A DNA stretch of 63,742 nt, counting the filler. It is 8 parts of 8 records of this genome, joined end to end, with 100 filler letters (N's around TTAATTAATTAA, not from the genome) between each part and the next. Parts side by side here need not be neighbours in the genome. Positions count along the whole stretch, not along the records: positions 22,453 to 31,317 come from SRR31147125_3880; positions 31,418 to 37,507 come from SRR31147125_3892; positions 37,608 to 50,368 come from SRR31147125_3900; 5 more parts are not named here. The stretch is one strand, 5' to 3'. The notes beneath the pieces are model-generated. The model did not search any database, was not told the DNA's origin, and was given only the letters and a program-made list of their open reading frames with translations. Below are positions 30,937 to 40,668 of this stretch, piece after piece. A program made the translations under genes and the position numbers. Each line of letters starts with the position of its first letter. Positions within the stretch are counted from its first letter, which is position 1.

Positions 30937-31317
30937 AAATATTTAAAGTATTGATTGTCAGTATATTGATTATAGGTATTGTAGCAGTGGTTGGAGGATT
31001 TGCACTTGGTGCAAATATGTCAGGTGTATTTGATGGCTTAAATCAGCGTGATGATTATGTTGAACAAGATACACTTTATTTTGATGACAACATATCACAA
31101 ATTGATATTGATGTAGAGACAAGAAACATTATGATTTCTTCTTCAGATGTTGATCAAATATCTATAGACCATTACAGAAAAGATGATGATACTTGGGGGA
31201 TAGAGATTGTTGATGGTGCGCTTACCATTTCACAAGATGAACCTAATCAAGTTTTCGGATGGTTTAATTTTGGTTTTTTCGTTGGTGATTATAGAGATGT
31301 TGAAATTATCATACCAG
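30933..31317 (+). CDS. DUF4097 (Toastrack/adhesin-like) protein, 3' partial
   Basis: N-terminal TM, then beta-rich ISQIDIDVETRNIMI...VEIIIP; PadR-DUF1700-DUF4097 order. Confidence 0.75.
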
Positions 31318-31417
31318 NNNNNNNNNNNNNNNNNNNNNNNNNNNNNNNNNNNNNNNNNNNNTTAATTAATTAANNNNNNNNNNNNNNNNNNNNNNNNNNN
31401 NNNNNNNNNNNNNNNNN

Positions 31418-31543
31418 GGGGTAACGATATTGGGGAATACAACTGTATCTCGCAAGGGTAATATTGGCAGAATCGATGGTATTTTTCTCCCGAATATCAT
31501 CTGTATCATGTTCCATCATTTCTTTAATATCTTTTTCGTCCAT
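31418..31543 (-). CDS. lon: Lon protease N-terminal fragment (frameshift in an A-run near 31483; cut by the contig end)
   Basis: Removing one A gives MDEKDIKEMMEHDTDDIREKIPSILPILPLRDTVVFPNIVTP, the Lon N-domain motif; downstream of hsp20. Confidence 0.8.
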
Positions 31544-31678
31544 TTTTTTCTCCAACATGATAAATTTTAGCAGCTTACACAAATAAAAACTACCAGACTC
31601 TCACTTTATAAAAACCAAAACTAAAAAAATCGTCACACTTTTTAGGCATTTAAACACAATTGACGTTTTCATCTGCTT

Positions 31679-32140
31679 TTAAATGATATCTTCATCTCCA
31701 ATAGGTATTTCAATCGTTTCATTTTTTTTTGAAATACTGATGATCAATACACCTTCTCCCAAATGAGCTTTTATCTCATTATGCTCGATAGAAGACGGAA
31801 TCGAGATATCTTTCTCAAAAGGTCCGTAGCTTATTTCTAATTGATGAAAATATAATTGGCTTTTTGGTCTGTCTTCTCGTCTCAAACCGGAAATTTTTAA
31901 ATTTCCATTTTTAATTTTTACACACAAATCTTCTTTTTTTACTCCCGCCAAAGCTAATTTGATGACGACTTCATCTTCCGTCTCAAATATATCTGTCTCA
32001 GGCTCCCAAAAAGCTCTATCTGGAATTTTCATGCCGGAACAAAAGTGAGTTCGCAGGGAATCCGAAGTTTGAGTGACTGTATCTGTATGTTCACGAATAA
32101 CTCTGATTAAATGAAGAGGCATTGTCGAATCCTCCATCAT
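31679..32140 (-). CDS. Hsp20/alpha-crystallin small heat-shock protein
   Basis: WEPETDIFETEDEVVIKLALAGVKKED...EISYGPFEK...GVLIISI. Confidence 0.9.
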   Translation of the reverse strand: MMEDSTMPLHLIRVIREHTDTVTQTSDSLRTHFCSGMKIPDRAFWEPETDIFETEDEVVIKLALAGVKKEDLCVKIKNGNLKISGLRREDRPKSQLYFHQLEISYGPFEKDISIPSSIEHNEIKAHLGEGVLIISISKKNETIEIPIGDEDII

Positions 32141-32320
32141 ACATTACCGTATTTAATGTCAAAAATCCAAAACATTAAAATACGTGCAGCTGCTTGTTTC
32201 CAATGAGTGATAACGCCAGCCGTATATGTGCACTCACCGTTTATTTAAATAGTCGTTTATAATGCTGTGTAATATTTCAATCTTTCAAACACTCTTTATA
32301 TAACTCTTAAAAGTCCTTTA

Positions 32321-32977
32321 TTACTTCATCTTTTTTATGTTCTTCAATACGCTATCTTTACCCAATAACACCAGAACATCACTGTCCTTTATTAAATGTT
32401 CAGCAGTGGGAATCAAAACAACCTTATCCGGGACATATTCTTTGATAACCAATACACTCACTTCAAACTTGTTCCTTAAATCTAATTGACCGATTTTTTT
32501 ACCAACAAATGACATCGGCGCTGCAATTTCAATTATACTTATTCCTTTTCCAAGTGTAATGTTGTCAAGCAAGTTATCGCTTTCCATCGTCTTGGCTAAA
32601 CGAAATGCTTCGTCCTTTTCAGGAAATACAACTCGTGTCGCACCAATAATATCCAATACCTTGCCATGATCTTCAGTAAGTGCCTTCGCAACAATATTTT
32701 TCACCTTCAGCTCATGGAGATATAGGGTGACAAGTATGCTGGCATCAATTTCATCACCAAGACTGACAACGACAACATCGAGTTGATCCAAACCCAAACC
32801 AGAAAGTATATTTTTATCCGAGGCATTGGCAACGACAGCTCTGTCAACAAATGATTTTACTTTTTCAATTTTTTCTTCGCTTATATCAATCGCCATCACC
32901 TGATGACCATTATCCGCTAAATATTTTGCCAGATAATACCCAAAGCTGCTCAATCCAATTATTGCAAATGATTTCAT
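32321..32977 (-). CDS. ktrA: TrkA/KtrA potassium-uptake regulatory subunit
   Basis: IIGLSSFG, VAKAL...HGKVLDIIGA and VVFPE motifs; RCK-C domain. Confidence 0.9.
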   Translation of the reverse strand: MKSFAIIGLSSFGYYLAKYLADNGHQVMAIDISEEKIEKVKSFVDRAVVANASDKNILSGLGLDQLDVVVVSLGDEIDASILVTLYLHELKVKNIVAKALTEDHGKVLDIIGATRVVFPEKDEAFRLAKTMESDNLLDNITLGKGISIIEIAAPMSFVGKKIGQLDLRNKFEVSVLVIKEYVPDKVVLIPTAEHLIKDSDVLVLLGKDSVLKNIKKMK

Positions 32978-33036
32978 TTTAACCACAAATATTAAAAGTT
33001 ATTTACATTATATCAATTTTTATAAAATTTATTTTC

Positions 33037-34428
33037 TTACCCAACTGTAAACTTTTCTTCAGCTACTTTAATTCCTGTTGGTCCCTGTCCCACAATGATC
33101 AAAGCCATGGTAAAAGGGCCAATTCTGCCAATATACATTAAGACTATTATCAAAATTTTGCCAAAACCAGTCAAGGTTGGTGTCAAGCCCGTGCTTAATC
33201 CTACGGTTCCCATGGCGGAGAATACTTCAAAAATGACCTCTAAAAATAGTGTTCGTCCCTGTTCATGAGGTCCTCCAGGGTGTTCTATTACGAGTAAGAC
33301 CATGGTCACCAATATGACAGTAACAAGCCATAAAAAGACGATTCCTATCACTCTTGAAACGATTAATTCGGGTACACCTCTTTTAAACAAACGAACCTGT
33401 TGCCGGTCGCGCAAGCGGGCGAATATCATAGCAATCATAACGGCAAAGGACGTTGTTTTAATTCCACCTCCACAGGAACCGGGCGAAGCCCCTATCATCA
33501 TAAAAATAATGAGCAATAATAGCGTACTATTTGTAAGAGCATTGATTGGGACCGTGTTAAATCCCGCTGTTCGTGCGGTCACCGATTGAAAAGCAGCGGA
33601 AAGAATTTTCCCGTCCAGCGACACCCCTAAAAGGGTGTTGTTCCATTCAAAAAATAATATTCCGACCATTCCAACAAAAATAAGCGTACCGGTCATGCTA
33701 AATACAATCTTGCTGTGCAACGTCAAAGCCCGAAAACCGCTCTTTTTTTTCAGGACATTTATTAAATCAATAATAACCCAGAAACCAATTCCACCTAAAA
33801 TAATAAGAAAAATAATAACGAAATTAACGATCCAATCCTGGCTGTAACCCATCAAACTAGAGGAAAACAGTGAAAAACCCGCGTTACAAAAAGCAGAAAT
33901 AGAATGAAATACGCCCAGATAAAGAGCCCGACTCCATGGATACTCCGCACTAAATCGAAAAGCAAGAAAAACAGACCCTATCATTTCTATCACAAATGTC
34001 CCTAAAACAATGGCCAATAACAAACGGCCTACTTTTGGAAGAGAAATACCTCCCACCGCTTCTTCAGCGAAAACATGACTTCTAATTGACAGACGCCGCG
34101 TGAAAATATAGCCAAAAAGACTCGAAAAAGTCATTATACCAAGGCCGCCAAGCTGAATAAGCCCCAAAATAACAATTTGACCAAATTGTGTAAATCTTGA
34201 TCCTGTATCAACGACAGCAAGGCCAGTAACACATGTGGCAGAAGTTGACGTAAACAAAGCATTTATAAAATTTATGTCCTCATGACAACTCCAGGGTAAG
34301 AGTAGCAAACCTGTTCCCAGTAAAATTATCGCGAAAAAACTAAATGCTAATGTATGTGCGGCATTAATTTTTCTTGATAACTTTTTAAAGGCTAAAATTT
34401 TTATTTCTATAAAGTCAGTTGTAATCAT
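33037..34428 (-). CDS. ktrB: TrkH/KtrB potassium-uptake membrane protein
   Basis: SATCVTGL, SAFCNAGF, RTAGFN, GGGIKTT and SAMGTVGLS pore motifs. Confidence 0.93.
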   Translation of the reverse strand: MITTDFIEIKILAFKKLSRKINAAHTLAFSFFAIILLGTGLLLLPWSCHEDINFINALFTSTSATCVTGLAVVDTGSRFTQFGQIVILGLIQLGGLGIMTFSSLFGYIFTRRLSIRSHVFAEEAVGGISLPKVGRLLLAIVLGTFVIEMIGSVFLAFRFSAEYPWSRALYLGVFHSISAFCNAGFSLFSSSLMGYSQDWIVNFVIIFLIILGGIGFWVIIDLINVLKKKSGFRALTLHSKIVFSMTGTLIFVGMVGILFFEWNNTLLGVSLDGKILSAAFQSVTARTAGFNTVPINALTNSTLLLLIIFMMIGASPGSCGGGIKTTSFAVMIAMIFARLRDRQQVRLFKRGVPELIVSRVIGIVFLWLVTVILVTMVLLVIEHPGGPHEQGRTLFLEVIFEVFSAMGTVGLSTGLTPTLTGFGKILIIVLMYIGRIGPFTMALIIVGQGPTGIKVAEEKFTVG

Positions 34429-34547
34429 TCCAGAAAGACAAACTCCTCAAAAATACGGATTTTACCCTTTTATAATAAATAAGGTGAGCAAAAATCACTC
34501 ACCTTAAAAATAAACATAAAAAAGATAAAATTAAAGATTTTTTCAAA

Positions 34548-35833
34548 CTACCGTTTAAAAATGGGGTCTAAATGACGAACGGGGCAGGGGTGGCCGCCAG
34601 ATTGATATTCACATTCACCCCAATAAAAACATTTAACAGAGCAAATGGTATCACTTTCGGTTATGTTATTGGTTGGATATTCTTGAGCGTCATATGAAAT
34701 ATGTCTGAGTACTTTCTTTCTTTCACGGTAACCGTTCCAGCCATTTTTACCCAATAATCCGACCGACACCAATTGAGCAATACTTTTGGATGCCTTTGAT
34801 TTGGGGTTGGCAATAACAAATGGCTTTAATTCTTTTACAGCTTTTCTGACCTCGCTATCATATTCAACATAGCCCATATAATCAATATTAATGTAAAGTA
34901 AATCCTCCAGGGCTGTGCGTAAGGCAGCACCATCTTTGGCTTCTTTTGTGAATGCACCATATTTAATACAAGTCGGAAATTCAATTCCTGGAGTATTTTT
35001 TCAAATTTTTCCGCATCGCTCTTGTCCATATTCCGTATTTCTTTTAATATCTCACTCATGGACGATTCTAATCGACCCGGTTTTGAAAAAGCAAACCGTT
35101 CTATTATTGAAATCACCTCTTGATTCGCCCTAAACTCTCGCATCAATTTTCTCAAAAGTGAAACTTTGACAAAATTAAAGCTTTCCTGAATGGCCATAGG
35201 TTCCGGCGTGGTAACCACGATGCCTGTATCGGCAGCAAGAAAAAAATCAATAACATTGTATGAGGATCCGGCTCCCAAATCAAGAAGAATATAATCTGCG
35301 TCTATCTTTTTTAATTCTGAGATAAATCTTAATTTTTGTGAATACCTTGGATTAGCTAATCCAAGAGTACCACAGGCACCACTGATGAGCATTAAATTTT
35401 CAACAGGTGTTTCCAGTTGAATATCATCCAGACTATCCCGCTGTAATGTGTAAAAATCGTAAAATGTATACTTGGGTTCAAGTATACCCATGCAAGTATG
35501 AAGATTGGCACCTCCCAAATCAGCATCGACGATCACAACTTTTTGCCCAAATGCGGCCAAAGCAATACCAAGTGAAGCTGTCAAGCTTGTTTTGCCCACG
35601 CCACCTTTACCTCCACCAATGGCATAGACTGTACGCTTTCTGGTTACTTCTTCAGGTATTTGAAAGATTTCTTTCAGGTCGTAAAAAGAACCCGCTTTGA
35701 TCCATTCCTGAGTATCTTCATCAAATACTAAATGGTGTGATTTGAATTCACCATTAGCAGCAAGACTTTTCAGTTCATTTGAACTGTAAGGTCCTTTTTG
35801 TTGCTCATCAATTCTGACAAATAATCCAGACAT
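34548..35833 (-). CDS. GYF_2 domain - MinD/FleN-like P-loop ATPase - C-terminal Cys4 motif protein (indel near 34945)
   Basis: QQKGPYS...LVFDEDTQEWIKA (GYF_2); GGKGGVGKT, DADLGGANLH, DLGAG, TPEP. Adding one A joins HSQKEAKDGAALRTALEDLLYINIDYMGYVEYD to CSVKCFYWGEC...C. Confidence 0.8.
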
Positions 35834-36017
35834 TTATTTAATCCAATATGTATTTAACAAATTCATTTTTATAAAAAAATTAAAATTTACTCTCGTTAAA
35901 AATATGCCACCCATAACAAACGCATGACTTTTTTATATATTGTCCTGTTAGCCTTTTCCTGGCAGTTGAATTAACCAGGACAATCCTGAAACAGCTACCT
36001 GAATAATCTTATCTGTT

Positions 36018-36221
36018 TCATGCTTTTCTCACATGAACAGCTTTATCTCCCTTCATATCTGATTTTTTATCAAACTTGACCCGGAGACCTTCTCTTATTT
36101 CTGTGGGTTTTAAGGTGATATCCAAATCATTGGAATGTACAAAAAGATCTTCATCTTCGTCTGTTACAATAAATCCAAATCCCTTTGATGAATCCCACAT
36201 TTTAATATTTCCGTACTCCAT
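36018..36221 (-). CDS. Cold-shock domain protein
   Basis: GNIKMWDSSKGFGFI (RNP1) and LFVH (RNP2); GGAGG RBS. Confidence 0.9.
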   Translation of the reverse strand: MEYGNIKMWDSSKGFGFIVTDEDEDLFVHSNDLDITLKPTEIREGLRVKFDKKSDMKGDKAVHVRKA

Positions 36222-36559
36222 TATATATACCTCCAAAATAGTTATTTTGCAGATTATTTTTAATACTTTACAATCATTGAACGATATGCAATATCACTGA
36301 TATCTATGCAAAATGTCATTAAAATAAAAGCTGTTTGAGACCTGCCAGCTAACTATAAAGTATACAATTTCATTCAAAATCTCAGAATGACTGTATTCAC
36401 ATATTTTTTCTAATCTCAAAGATGCCTTGACAGTTTTTAATTCTTTCTGGGTGAGATGATTAGACATGTAATATGAATGACTTTCCAATAAACGACCAGT
36501 AGCATAGAGCGTTCGTCGTATTTATTTTCTATTCATCCGTAGAGCTGGAATCCCTTGGT

Positions 36560-37507
36560 TTATCCCCCTTTTTGAACATTACTGTTTTTCCCACCCTCTT
36601 TTTCTGAAATATCGTCTTCTGCTTCTTCCTCTTTATCTTGACGCTCAAGCAGGTTCTCATCATCCTTTTGTTTTCTCAATGCAAGATAAAGAACTGTATT
36701 GCCTATGGTAAAAGTTGATAAACCATATGAAAATACCCAGCCTCCTACAAAAAGTAAACATAGAGCAAATAAATAAGAAGATATAACGACAGACACCGGT
36801 AATTCAGCAGCGGGTATTAAATGAAATTCATTAGAAAAAAAGATATATGATGATGCATTTTGGTATAGGTTATCCACAATCGTCTGAGCGGATAAAAGCC
36901 AACTTTGCAATAATCCATAACCATTATTGGCAAGCTTTATAAAATCACTTCCCATAAAGTTTGAAAATAAACCCGTCATCAGGCAAAAGGATTCTTTTAC
37001 AATAAAAGCAAATAATCCCATACTTATCAAAGATATGAAAACAGTCAGAATCTCATAAGAAACAAGTTTCCACGGCCTGTTCCATGTAAGGGAAAATGTT
37101 TGAAAAACAGCTTCAAAAGCATCCTCATCCGTTGTAGCAATGATACTTGGAACAAGAATCACAGAAACAACCAATATGAAAAGAAAAAAGAGTAATAATA
37201 GTGCCGCAACAAACCAAATGACAGTAAATAAGCTAATTCCGATGACTCCGATAAATGGTATTTTTCCAACCAGCCCGACAACAAATGCTCCTAACAACAT
37301 AATACCAATGAGTAAGGCCAGGGAAACAGGCGTTAACAAAATAGAGCTTAATTTACGAAATGAAAAAGCATACGCCTCTCTCCAGGTGTAAAAATTATTC
37401 CCCTTTGCACTCATATAGGTAGCTCTGGATACAGCAGTATTTGAGATTAGAAAAACTGCTAAAAAACTGAGGCTGGCTAAACCGTAAATGAACCCGGCAT
37501 ACCATGA
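36560..37507 (-). CDS. Hypothetical multi-pass membrane protein (5' partial)
   Basis: Frame open to the contig end; several TM segments; DAFEAVFQTFS and YLALRKQKDDENLLE. Confidence 0.7.
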   Translation of the reverse strand, partial: SWYAGFIYGLASLSFLAVFLISNTAVSRATYMSAKGNNFYTWREAYAFSFRKLSSILLTPVSLALLIGIMLLGAFVVGLVGKIPFIGVIGISLFTVIWFVAALLLLFFLFILVVSVILVPSIIATTDEDAFEAVFQTFSLTWNRPWKLVSYEILTVFISLISMGLFAFIVKESFCLMTGLFSNFMGSDFIKLANNGYGLLQSWLLSAQTIVDNLYQNASSYIFFSNEFHLIPAAELPVSVVISSYLFALCLLFVGGWVFSYGLSTFTIGNTVLYLALRKQKDDENLLERQDKEEEAEDDISEKEGGKNSNVQKGG

Positions 37508-37609
37508 NNNNNNNNNNNNNNNNNNNNNNNNNNNNNNNNNNNNNNNNNNNNTTAATTAATTAANNNNNNNNNNNNNNNNNNNNNNNNNNNNNNNNNNNNN
37601 NNNNNNNAA

Positions 37610-38545
37610 AGAAATTTAAAAAAATATCAATTACTAGAAATTAATGACATATACACCCAAATTGATAAAAAAATTGAATATCTCATTCAGGCAGATTTAA
37701 CTATATTAACATATAAATATGCGGAACATATTAGTAAATTAGTTCAAAATTATATTATTGAGGAAATAAGCGGTTTAATACTCAAATTCTATATCCCCAA
37801 AGAAAGATTAATGAGTAGGGAAATGTCTAAAATGACAGAAGTGTTTGAGGAGTATATTAATGCAATTCTTCAAAGAAAAGTAACTATTAATAAAATAAAA
37901 ACAAAAGATGGAGTATTAATTGAATTCTATAGTGATGAAAAAGACAAAGAATCTATTATTAGAGAATGGGAAAATTTCCCAGGGATTTTAGATATTTTCT
38001 CTTTTGACTCGAAAAAAACTAAGGAAATAATTAGCAAATCTAAATTATCTGATATTAAAAAAGATGAGTTGTTTCATTTGTTAACTATTGAATCAAAAAG
38101 AATATTAGCTGATTTAAAATACGAGTTTAATAGAAAACAAATAGAATTAAACTATTTAATTGAAAATCAGGTTATTGAAGGGGAAATTGAAAACCCAATA
38201 AATGAAATTAATTTTGAAACTATTAGAAAAATACAAACAAATAAGGGATTGCAATTATACGATAAGAACATTGAAACATTGAATTATACTTATATTAACA
38301 AAATTGAGGGAAACATTATTAACAATGAAACTGATCACCAACTTTTTAATTTGATTAAATCTCTTGCCTTAGAAAGTAAAAAAACTGAACTAATAGGTAA
38401 CGTTAATGAATTAAATGATCCTCAAATCAGCAATACAAAAAAAACTACAGCTGTAAGTAAAATCAAAACATTTTTAATAAAAAATTCAGATAAAATTGGT
38501 GATATTGGATTTAATTTGTTGATGAAATATATTGAAAATAAATAA
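37610..38545 (+). CDS. Hypothetical protein (5' partial)
   Basis: Frame is open from the contig start through ILKFYIPKERLMSREMSK to the stop at 38545. Confidence 0.7.
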   Translation, partial: RNLKKYQLLEINDIYTQIDKKIEYLIQADLTILTYKYAEHISKLVQNYIIEEISGLILKFYIPKERLMSREMSKMTEVFEEYINAILQRKVTINKIKTKDGVLIEFYSDEKDKESIIREWENFPGILDIFSFDSKKTKEIISKSKLSDIKKDELFHLLTIESKRILADLKYEFNRKQIELNYLIENQVIEGEIENPINEINFETIRKIQTNKGLQLYDKNIETLNYTYINKIEGNIINNETDHQLFNLIKSLALESKKTELIGNVNELNDPQISNTKKTTAVSKIKTFLIKNSDKIGDIGFNLLMKYIENK

Positions 38546-38734
38546 ACTATATTCATCTTCTAACATGTCGCCAGGGAACATGCAAAACAGCACGTCGACT
38601 ATATCATAGTAACGTTATACTTTTCAACAAAAATGCTAAATGTTTATTTCCAATTATTGTTGTTTCTGGAATGATATTAAATTAAAAGAAGATGTAATAT
38701 TATATATATTAAATCAACAAAACGAGGTGCCCTA

Positions 38735-38951
38735 ATGAAATATTCAAAATGGATTATCAATTTAATAGCAACTTATATACTAAGTAGAACCATTTTTTCA
38801 CTTTACAGGTTTTAATTATGATCTTTTTAGCGATAACTTCAATGTGTTAAAACTTATTATTGATGTGGGAGTCTATGCTATATCATATAGTTTTATCAGT
38901 TTTACCTTTGATAAATTGCATAATGTATTTATTCAACAAAAAGCAGATTAA
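38735..38951 (+). CDS. Small membrane protein of about 72 aa, broken by an indel near 38795 (not in the ORF track)
   Basis: GAGG RBS, MKYSKWIINLIATYILSRTIF, then in another frame FTGFNYDLFSDNFNVLKLIIDVGVYAISYSFISFTFDKLHNVFIQQKAD*. Confidence 0.55.
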
Positions 38952-39071
38952 TAATAGACTTAATATCAAGCAAATATTACACTAGAAAAGCCTCTAACAC
39001 ACGGCATTTGTTCGTCAAGTGTTATGCGAAAACATAAACTAAATTTAACAATAATTATTTGGAGGTTTACT

Positions 39072-39113
39072 ATGAGAATAAAAACAGGTAACTGCTCGGT
39101 ACAGTTGATTTAA
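39072..39113 (+). CDS. Putative 13-aa leader peptide MRIKTGNCSVQLI
   Basis: GGAGG at 39061-39065, 6 nt before the ATG; the 3' end overlaps the 5' arm of a long stem. Confidence 0.55.
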   Translation: MRIKTGNCSVQLI

Positions 39114-39176
39114 TCTGGTAGCAGGTTGTATCGAGCTAATAAGCGTATGTTATCAGTCAACTGTACTACTTTTTAT
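39098..39176 (+). promoter_or_regulatory. Putative attenuator RNA structure
   Basis: 13-bp stem 39098-39110 / 39155-39167 (GTACAGTTGA / TCAACTGTAC core) with two internal hairpins, followed by ACTTTTTA. Confidence 0.6.
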
Positions 39177-39207
39177 AGCTTAAATAATAAATAAAAAGGA
39201 GACAGTT

Positions 39208-39963
39208 ATGAATAAAAATGAATTAAAGAGAGTTTGGAAAAATGAAGAAAAAAAGGCATTTACTGGATGGGATTTCTCTCATCTAGATGGTAGAACAATC
39301 GAGGAAGAATTACCTTGGAATTATGAGGAAATAGTTCGAAGACATTTAAAACCAGAAGATAGCTTACTTGACATGGGAACTGGTGGCGGAGAGTTTGTAT
39401 TAACTTTAGAACATCCTCATGATAATACTTTTGTCACAGAATCATACCCACCTAACATTGAGCTATGCAAAAAGGAACTTGCTCCATTAGGGATACACGT
39501 ATTTGGAATAAGTGATGATAGCAATCTACCATTTGAAGATGAATCAATGGATATTATCATAAATCGACATGAATCATATGATATAGATGAGGTATATAGA
39601 ATCCTGAAGAAGGGTGGTAGATTTATTACCCAACAGGTTGGGGGAGCGAATACAGTAGATATCTCCAATCGTATTTGCAGTAACGGGAATCGTAAAAAGA
39701 ACAATAAGAATACTTTGGAATATCAAGAGACTATGTTTAAGAATGCTGGATTTAATGTAATTGATTATAACGAGTATTTTCCCTACTTAAAGTTTTTGGA
39801 TACAGGAGCGTTGGTTTATTTTGCTAAAATTATAGAATGGGAATTTATTAACTTCTCTGTGGAGACTAGCATTAAAGAGCTTCTTGATATAGAGCAAGAG
39901 ATTGCGGATTATGGGCATGTTACAGGTAAGGAACATCGTTATTTCATAGAAGCAGTGAAGTGA
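39208..39963 (+). CDS. Class I SAM-dependent methyltransferase
   Basis: GWDFSHL, LPWNY, LLDMGTGGGE, LPFEDESMDIIINRHES and LKKGGRFITQQVG motifs. Confidence 0.9.
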   Translation: MNKNELKRVWKNEEKKAFTGWDFSHLDGRTIEEELPWNYEEIVRRHLKPEDSLLDMGTGGGEFVLTLEHPHDNTFVTESYPPNIELCKKELAPLGIHVFGISDDSNLPFEDESMDIIINRHESYDIDEVYRILKKGGRFITQQVGGANTVDISNRICSNGNRKKNNKNTLEYQETMFKNAGFNVIDYNEYFPYLKFLDTGALVYFAKIIEWEFINFSVETSIKELLDIEQEIADYGHVTGKEHRYFIEAVK

Positions 39964-39987
39964 TTTAGGTTTAAGGAGGCACTCATC

Positions 39988-40518
39988 ATGAATATACGAA
40001 AAGCAAAACTAGGAGATGAAGTAGCAATTGCAAATGTTAAAGTAAGAACATGGCAAAGTGCATACAAAGAGATTATGCCTGCTGATTATCTAAACTCTCT
40101 TAAGCCTGACAAGAATATCAAATTCTATCACGAGCAACTTTCATCCAATAGCATAAGTTATGATATATTTGTATTAGAGAATGATGCAAAAGAAATTGTG
40201 GGAATTGCATCTGGTGGTGTAGAGAGACAAAATATAAAGGATTGCGAAATTGTTGCAATCTATATACTACCTGAATACCAAAAGCTGGGTATGGGTAGAA
40301 AATTATTTAGCGCTATGATTAAGAGCTTCGTAACAAAGGGCTACAAATCTATGCTAATCTGGGCACTAGAAGATAATAGAGATAGAAAATTTTATGAGAA
40401 GTTAGGTGGGAAACCTAGTATGAAGAAGATTTACAATGTAGCGAATAAAGAACTAACTGTTACAGGCTTTGTTTGGGATGATATAAGAGCATTAGCAATT
40501 ACTACAATTGACTTATAG
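39988..40518 (+). CDS. GNAT-family N-acetyltransferase
   Basis: TWQSAYKEIMP, AIYILPEYQKLGMGRKL and FYEKLGG motifs. Confidence 0.9.
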   Translation: MNIRKAKLGDEVAIANVKVRTWQSAYKEIMPADYLNSLKPDKNIKFYHEQLSSNSISYDIFVLENDAKEIVGIASGGVERQNIKDCEIVAIYILPEYQKLGMGRKLFSAMIKSFVTKGYKSMLIWALEDNRDRKFYEKLGGKPSMKKIYNVANKELTVTGFVWDDIRALAITTIDL

Positions 40519-40572
40519 ACTGATAGTAGATTATCTGAGAAAATAGAGTATTCAGTAACTATGGCGTTTTCC

Positions 40573-40601
40573 TTGTAATTTGACCTTGAAGAGTGTATAA
40601 T
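40573..40601 (+). promoter_or_regulatory. Sigma70-type promoter for exoIII
   Basis: TTGTAA-17 bp-TATAAT. Confidence 0.55.
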
Positions 40602-40668
40602 TTAAGACAAATATATTTTCTTACTTTTGAAATACGAAAGATATTTAGAATTTAATAAGGAGGAACAA

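Noticed and set aside
22453-31317. Possible genetic code 4 (TGA=Trp) in the Mollicutes-like contig
   Set aside because: Trp is encoded by TGG, TGA ends genes (e.g. 30352, 30936), and ORFs are full length under code 11.
30044-31317. PadR-DUF1700-DUF4097 operon as a new system
   Set aside because: Widespread, previously described envelope-stress-type operon.
35894-35908. Sigma54-like TGGCAT-N5-TAAC upstream of the MinD/FleN-like gene (minus strand)
   Set aside because: The -12 GC is missing; too weak to call.
36294-36488. 64-aa minus-strand ORF between the membrane protein and csp
   Set aside because: No motif or convincing RBS; may be the csp promoter/leader region.
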